12,418 nt of DNA from a bacterium (GTDB lineage: Bacteria; Zhuqueibacterota; Zhuqueibacteria; Oceanimicrobiales; Oceanimicrobiaceae): positions 1 through 12,418 of the forward strand of contig JBHHXN010000153.1 in NCBI GenBank assembly GCA_046757025.1, written 5' to 3'. Position 1 is the first letter of the stretch, and the number at the start of each line of letters is the position of its first letter. The notes beneath the pieces were generated by a model that ran no database searches, was not told the origin of the DNA, and worked only from the letters and a program-made list of their open reading frames with translations. Made by a program: the position numbers and the translations under genes. This document shows, in pieces, positions 7,360 through 12,418 of the stretch.

Positions 7360-7409
7360 CGCGGTGGATTTGCCACCCTCGCGCCTGGCCAGCCGGGCAA
7401 TCCACCGCG
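7360..7409. other. GC-rich stem-loop after the gene end (terminator-like or REP-like)
   Basis: CGCGGTGGATT(T)GCC (7360-7374) pairs with GGCAATCCACCGCG (7396-7409), giving 14 bp with one bulge and a 21-nt loop. There is no U-tract on either strand. Confidence 0.55.
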
Positions 7410-7478
7410 GAACAAAATGACTGGCCATTGCCCTGAATACACAACTTAACGTAATTCACCAAAACTTCCCAAAAACAA

Positions 7479-7506
7479 TTGACATTTAACAAGATAATAT
7501 TATCTT
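7479..7506 (+). promoter_or_regulatory. Putative sigma70 promoter overlapped by a perfect 16-bp palindrome
   Basis: TTGACA at 7479-7484, 16 nt, then TATCTT at 7501-7506. The palindrome AAGATAATATTATCTT spans 7491-7506. Confidence 0.5.
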
Positions 7507-7947
7507 TAAAAGTACGAAGAGGGAGCAGTAAATTATCTGAGAATTTAAAGGGTAAGGGTGTGGCACAAAGTATGAGAATGTAATCATCATCATAGATAAA
7601 TTTGGCGGTTGTAATTACGAGTTTGTGAAAACAGATTTTTAAATTTTATTTCATGATGACTGTCAATTTTTAACCACGTCCCAGCAACGCTTAATTCCTA
7701 ATTTAATAATGGCATGTGCATTTGTGACGTCTCAATCGTACCGTGCTTATTGAGTACACATCCCCCCTTATAAATTTTAGCTATCCTTCACAATTCAAAA
7801 TCTCAGCATCGATGCGAGCTGCTTTCGCTCGAGGAGCGGCTGCAACAGCCAGTCGCAGTTTCAGCAATTTTCGATGAATAAACAAGCTGCCGAGATTGGG
7901 TGTCATCTCGACTATTTTTAAGCTGGGGCTTTTTGCTCAGAAAAAAC

Positions 7948-10900
7948 ATGACGCAAAAATCACAAATATGCTTTAGAATGGGTTTAGCCTGCGTTTGGCT
8001 TTGTTCAGCCCTTGCATTTGCGCAAACCCAGAGTACCCTTGTGGGTTTACAGACCAACATCAAATTTGAACATTTCACCACGGAGGATGGCCTTGGCCAT
8101 AATCGCGTAACCTGCGTCCTCCAGGACCAACAGGGATTTCTTTGGGTGGGCACATTGGGAGGATTATGGAGATATGACGGCTACGTGTTCCACTTTGTGA
8201 GATATGCACACAACGACTCAACCGGTTTAAGCCATCCGGAGATTCAATGCCTCGACGAAGATTCAAACGGTAATTTGTGGATTGGCCTACAGAGGGGCGG
8301 TCTCAATCACTTTGACCGCGAGACCGGGCTGTCTACGCGATATGAACACAATCCCGCTGACTCACACAGCTTGAGCAAAGGCACGGTGCGCGTGATCCAC
8401 GAAGATCCGAATGAACCCGGTGTGCTCTGGATCGGAACGAGCTCTGGACTTTGTCAGATGAAAAGGGATGAGCACGGAAATGCTCAATTTATTCGCTTTC
8501 AGCATGAGGCCGGAAATAAAAATAGTTTGAGCCACAACGTGGTTAATACCATAGTTCCGGATTCGTCAGGAATTTTCTGGATAGGAACCGATAGAGGATT
8601 GGATAAGTTTGACGCGCAAACGGGCATCTTTACTCATTATAAACCGCCTCTCCCCCTTATCGGCACGACTTATTCGCTGGTTGTTCGGTCGCTTATGTGC
8701 GACGAAGATGGTCTCCTCTGGCTCGGAACGGACAGCGGCCTCATCCGATTTGACGCCGGTACAACTGCTTTCACCTGGTACCGGCATGACCCCAAGAATC
8801 CAAACAGCATCAGTCACAACAAAATCTCCTCGATTTGCCAGGACCCGTCTGGCAACCTCTGGATAGCCTCCGCATTCGGATTAAATCACTTTGAATCAGA
8901 AACCGCCACATTTACCAGATATCACCACGATCCCGATGTTCCGTATACTCTCAGCCATAACCAGCTCACTTCACTTTACCAGGATCGCTCCGGCGTGCTC
9001 TGGATTGGGTCAGTCAGCGGCGGCTTGAACAAACTCGCCTTCCCATTTAAAAAATTTAATCACCATACGCGTCGCAAAAATGTTCCCAACACGCTAAATG
9101 ACAATCGCGTTCTGGCCATCCTTGAAGACCGTTTGGGCAGGTTGTGGGTAGGCACTTCATCGGGATTGAGCCTATTTGATGCGCGTCAGCAAACGGTAAC
9201 GAATTATCAGCATGATGCTGATGCGGTTGAAAGTAGCCTGAGTCATAATTCCGTAACCGCGCTTCTGGAGGACAGAATGGGAAGAATCTGGATCGGTACT
9301 GCTAACGGATTGAACCGGGTGAACCCAGGGGCCGAAACCTTCCAGCACTACTTTCACCGTTCCGGGGAGCCCAACAGCCTGAGCCGATCGTATATTACCC
9401 GGCTTCATGAAGGCCAGGACGGCGCCATCTGGGCCGGCACTCCAGACGGTCTGAACAAACTGACCATGCAGACAAATCATCAATCCAGCGGCGAAAGAGT
9501 GACACTAACCCGCCACTATCCTGATTCGATAAATACCAACAAAGTATCAGACAACTTTATCCAGGCAATATATGAAGACAGCCAGAAACGCGTGTGGATC
9601 GGGACTCAGGAGGGCCTCGCCGAGTTGGAGCAATGGAGCGGACGATTCACCCATTATCGACACATCCCTGACGATCCAGGCAGTTTGAGCTACAATAACG
9701 TATGGTCAATTTACGAGGACCGCTCCGGGGTACTGTGGATTGGAACAACAAACATGCTTGCGAAGCTGGATCGCCAGAGAAAGATATTCACGCACTATGA
9801 TCCTTACAAAGAGCAGGCAGGTTACGGGGTGAATTCACTGTTAGAAGATGAGCAAAGGAACCTCTGGTTTTCGGGATCAAAAGGGTTGGTCAGGTTTGAT
9901 CGTCAGACGGAATCGTTCCGACACTTTGATGCTTCTGACGGGCTTCAAAGTAATAACTTTACGAATGCACACTACAAAAGTCGTTCCGGCGAAATGTTCT
10001 ATGGTGGGGTCAACGGTTTCAACGGTTTTTTCCCACGAGAAATTCGAGACAATCTACAGGTACCTCCTGTTGTTTTTACCGCCTTTAAAGTGTTGAATGA
10101 ATCCTTGCCCTCCATAAGAGGCAATGTCCCTTCAAATATCATCATCGGATGGAGTCCAAAAGCGGCGGATGGAACGCCCATCTTACAAAAGTGCATCAGC
10201 CAGACGGAAGAAATCGTGCTTTCCCGCAAAGACAATACCTTCACTGTCGAATTCGCCGCCCTTGATTTCAACGCGCCAGAGAAAAATCAATATGCCTACA
10301 AATTGTATGGCATCCATGATGAATGGATACAATTGGGCAGCCAGCGATCCCTCACTTTCACCAATCTCAAACCTGGCAATTACACCTTGCGCGTGAAAGG
10401 CTCCAACAACGACGGCGTCTGGAACGAAGAAGGCGCCTCGGTCAAAATCACCATTCACCCACCCTGGTGGCGCACCCGCTGGGCCTACGGCTTGTACCTG
10501 CTGTTTCTGGGAGCCGTTTTGTACAGCATTCGCCATTATGAATTGCACCGCCTGCAGTTACGGAATGCTTTGAAAATCAAGAACGTCGAGGCTGAAAAAT
10601 TGCAGGAGGTCGACCGCTTGAAATCGCGCTTCTTCGCCAGCATATCCCACGAGTTTCGTACCCCGCTGACGCTCATTCTCGGGCCGGTGCACAAATGGCT
10701 TGGCAGTATGCAGCAGCCGGAGATGAAAGCGGATTTTCACATCGTGCAGCGCAATGCCCAACGCCTGCAGCAGTTGATCAACCAACTCCTCGACCTCTCG
10801 AAACTGGAAGCAGGGAAGATGACCCTGCAAGCCCGACCACTCGACCTGGTGGAGCTAACCCGCATGATCACCATGACCTTTGAATCGCTGGCGAAACAGA

Positions 10901-12261
10901 AAGGCATCGAACTGCGGTTTAGAAGTACCACACAAGAGATCGCCGCCTACGTTGAGCGCGACAAGCTGGAGAAGATCGTGACGAATCTGCTCTCCAATGC
11001 GTTGAAGTTCACAGAGAAAGGCGGGAGAATCCATGTTCAGTTATCGGTGTCCAGTGATGAGTTGGTGGAACGCCAACTCATTACACTGACCCTTGATCAC
11101 TGTATACTGATTACGGTAAAAGACACCGGCGTAGGCATCCCCGAGGATCAGCTCGACAAAATATTTGACCGCTTCCATCAGGTGGACAAAAACGGCGGTT
11201 ACGAAGGCACCGGCATCGGGCTGGCGCTGGTCAAAGAATTGGTGGAGCTGCACCACGGCACCATCTCCGTAGAGAGCAAAATTGGAAAAGGAACGACCTT
11301 TACGATCTGCCTGCCTCTGGGATGCGCACATTTGAAGGAGGAGGAAAGCTGCGAAGCGGAACCGGAAACCGTTCAGCAGGTTCAAGATGCACTCCTGATC
11401 GAAGAGTCAATGGGTAATGATCGCAAGCAACCCGTGACCATTGTTGACTCACAACCACCCGGGCAATTGACGGCGACGCCGAATGACAAAGAAGTCCTCC
11501 TCATCGTCGAAGACAACCCGGATATGCGCGCTTACATGCGCGGTTATCTGGAGCAGTCCTACCGCATTATTGAAGCCGAAAATGGCGTGCAGGGATTGAA
11601 ACAAGCACAAAAACACGCCCCCGACCTGATCATCAGCGATGTCATGATGCCGGAGATGGACGGTTTTGCATTGTGCGAGAAGCTCAAAACCGACGCCCGC
11701 ACCAGCCACATTCCGGTGATTCTGCTCACGGCCCGGGCTTCCGGAGAGAGCAAGATCGCAGGGCTGGAAACCGGCGCCGATGACTACCTCACCAAACCCT
11801 TTGACGCAAAAGAACTGCAAGTGCGGGTCAAAAACCTGATTGAACAGCACCGCAGGTTGCAGGAACGCTTCCGTCGAGAGCTGCTCGTCCAGCCTTCGGA
11901 GGTCACGGTCACTTCCATGGATGAAACCTTTCTGCAAAAGGCCATGGACGCGGTGGAAGCCCATATCGATGATCCCGATTTCGAGACCGACAACTTGGCG
12001 AGAGAGGCCGGCTACAGCCGCCGGCAGCTCAACCGCAAACTGCGCGCACTCACCGGCCAGTCCGTGCGCGAGTTCATCCGCACGATTCGACTCAAACGGG
12101 CCGCGCAACTGCTGCAGCAACAAGCCGGCACGGTCACCGAGATCGCCTACGAAGTAGGGTTTAACAGTATTGCTCACTTTTCAAAAGTTTTTAGGGAACA
12201 GTTTGGGGTGGCGCCCTCTGAATTCAGTAGCAGTATTAGAAGCCAAGACATTGACAGTTGA
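7948..12261 (+). CDS. Hybrid two-component system: beta-propeller sensor, Y_Y_Y domain, TM, HisKA, HATPase_c, REC, AraC HTH
   Basis: Signal peptide ending ALAFAQ, many D..G.LWIGT..GL propeller repeats, Y_Y_Y (QYAYKL...FTNLKPGNYTLRVKGSNNDGVW), PPWWRTRWAY TM, H-box SHEFRTPLT, N-box NLLSNALKFT, G1/G2 boxes, REC and AraC. The start is placed at ATG 7948, although the ORF is open from GTG 7900. Confidence 0.95.
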   Translation: MTQKSQICFRMGLACVWLCSALAFAQTQSTLVGLQTNIKFEHFTTEDGLGHNRVTCVLQDQQGFLWVGTLGGLWRYDGYVFHFVRYAHNDSTGLSHPEIQCLDEDSNGNLWIGLQRGGLNHFDRETGLSTRYEHNPADSHSLSKGTVRVIHEDPNEPGVLWIGTSSGLCQMKRDEHGNAQFIRFQHEAGNKNSLSHNVVNTIVPDSSGIFWIGTDRGLDKFDAQTGIFTHYKPPLPLIGTTYSLVVRSLMCDEDGLLWLGTDSGLIRFDAGTTAFTWYRHDPKNPNSISHNKISSICQDPSGNLWIASAFGLNHFESETATFTRYHHDPDVPYTLSHNQLTSLYQDRSGVLWIGSVSGGLNKLAFPFKKFNHHTRRKNVPNTLNDNRVLAILEDRLGRLWVGTSSGLSLFDARQQTVTNYQHDADAVESSLSHNSVTALLEDRMGRIWIGTANGLNRVNPGAETFQHYFHRSGEPNSLSRSYITRLHEGQDGAIWAGTPDGLNKLTMQTNHQSSGERVTLTRHYPDSINTNKVSDNFIQAIYEDSQKRVWIGTQEGLAELEQWSGRFTHYRHIPDDPGSLSYNNVWSIYEDRSGVLWIGTTNMLAKLDRQRKIFTHYDPYKEQAGYGVNSLLEDEQRNLWFSGSKGLVRFDRQTESFRHFDASDGLQSNNFTNAHYKSRSGEMFYGGVNGFNGFFPREIRDNLQVPPVVFTAFKVLNESLPSIRGNVPSNIIIGWSPKAADGTPILQKCISQTEEIVLSRKDNTFTVEFAALDFNAPEKNQYAYKLYGIHDEWIQLGSQRSLTFTNLKPGNYTLRVKGSNNDGVWNEEGASVKITIHPPWWRTRWAYGLYLLFLGAVLYSIRHYELHRLQLRNALKIKNVEAEKLQEVDRLKSRFFASISHEFRTPLTLILGPVHKWLGSMQQPEMKADFHIVQRNAQRLQQLINQLLDLSKLEAGKMTLQARPLDLVELTRMITMTFESLAKQKGIELRFRSTTQEIAAYVERDKLEKIVTNLLSNALKFTEKGGRIHVQLSVSSDELVERQLITLTLDHCILITVKDTGVGIPEDQLDKIFDRFHQVDKNGGYEGTGIGLALVKELVELHHGTISVESKIGKGTTFTICLPLGCAHLKEEESCEAEPETVQQVQDALLIEESMGNDRKQPVTIVDSQPPGQLTATPNDKEVLLIVEDNPDMRAYMRGYLEQSYRIIEAENGVQGLKQAQKHAPDLIISDVMMPEMDGFALCEKLKTDARTSHIPVILLTARASGESKIAGLETGADDYLTKPFDAKELQVRVKNLIEQHRRLQERFRRELLVQPSEVTVTSMDETFLQKAMDAVEAHIDDPDFETDNLAREAGYSRRQLNRKLRALTGQSVREFIRTIRLKRAAQLLQQQAGTVTEIAYEVGFNSIAHFSKVFREQFGVAPSEFSSSIRSQDIDS
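11146..11258 (+). repeat. 113-bp exact direct repeat, copy 2 (copy 1 at 4997-5109)
   Basis: Direct sequence comparison at offset 6149. Confidence 0.9.
11500..12059 (+). repeat. 560-bp exact direct repeat, copy 2 (copy 1 at 5372-5931)
   Basis: Direct sequence comparison at offset 6128. Confidence 0.92.
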
Positions 12262-12325
12262 CCTCTTCCTGATTTCGTCACATACTGATTAACGCGAGAA
12301 TCTTCCTACCCGCAGAATCCTGATC

Positions 12326-12360
12326 AATCCGAAATCACACATCCCCAATCCGCAATCGCA
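12326..12360 (+). repeat. Heptamer tandem array (AATCnnn)x5
   Basis: AATCCGA AATCACA CATCCCC AATCCGC AATCGCA. The first three units are identical to the array at 6199. Confidence 0.85.
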
Positions 12361-12365
12361 AAGAA

Positions 12366-12407
12366 TGTCCCACCCCCGTGCATCTTTGTCCCGCCAGCGT
12401 TAGCAAA
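12366..12407 (+). promoter_or_regulatory. Putative AraC-type tandem operator downstream of the full-length HTCS
   Basis: TGTCC at 12366 and 12387 (21-bp period). It shares GCATCTTTGTCCCGCCAGCG exactly with the site at 6274-6315. Confidence 0.5.
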
Positions 12408-12418
12408 TCCGTTCCCAT

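Noticed and set aside
7360..7409. Canonical Rho-independent terminator
   Set aside because: The stem is strong, but the loop is large and there is no U-tract on either strand. It is kept only as a generic stem-loop.
7803..8153. 116-aa minus-strand ORF
   Set aside because: It overlaps the HTCS 5' end in antisense and has no recognisable domain.
8050..10050. Internal repeats in the large gene as a novel repeat system
   Set aside because: These are ordinary beta-propeller blade repeats of HTCS sensors, degenerate at the DNA level.
2388..12261. Diversity-generating retroelement (Avd-like four-helix protein plus a repeat pair)
   Set aside because: There is no reverse transcriptase in the window. 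Differences between the repeat copies are mostly synonymous third-position changes of all base types (C/T, G/C, T/G), not adenine-specific.

Overview
A bacterial chromosomal segment with all credible genes on the + strand. The gene content suggests an FCB-type lineage such as KSB1 or Calditrichota, which is inference only. In order it holds: an AAA+ ATPase with a DUF4143-type tail; a YgeW-like knotted carbamoyltransferase; a four-helix-bundle (23S-IVS/TIGR02436-type) gene inside 7-bp tandem repeat arrays; a dihydropyrimidinase/hydantoinase; a Gph-like HAD phosphatase; a 5'-truncated hybrid two-component gene (partial HATPase, REC, AraC); a putative exported protein resembling the N-terminus of GWxTD proteins; and a full-length beta-propeller hybrid two-component system (HTCS). 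Three things stand out. (1) The four-helix-bundle gene lies in a cassette bounded by an exact 16-bp direct repeat and a 23/25-bp inverted repeat built from AATTnnn heptamers, filling the gap from the upstream stop codon to the downstream ATG. (2) Heptamer arrays of several sequence families recur across the window, both intergenic and in frame. (3) The two HTCS copies are a mosaic of 100%-identical and diverged blocks, each followed by a heptamer array and a TGTCC direct repeat with 21-bp period, a likely AraC operator. All alignments were done by eye.
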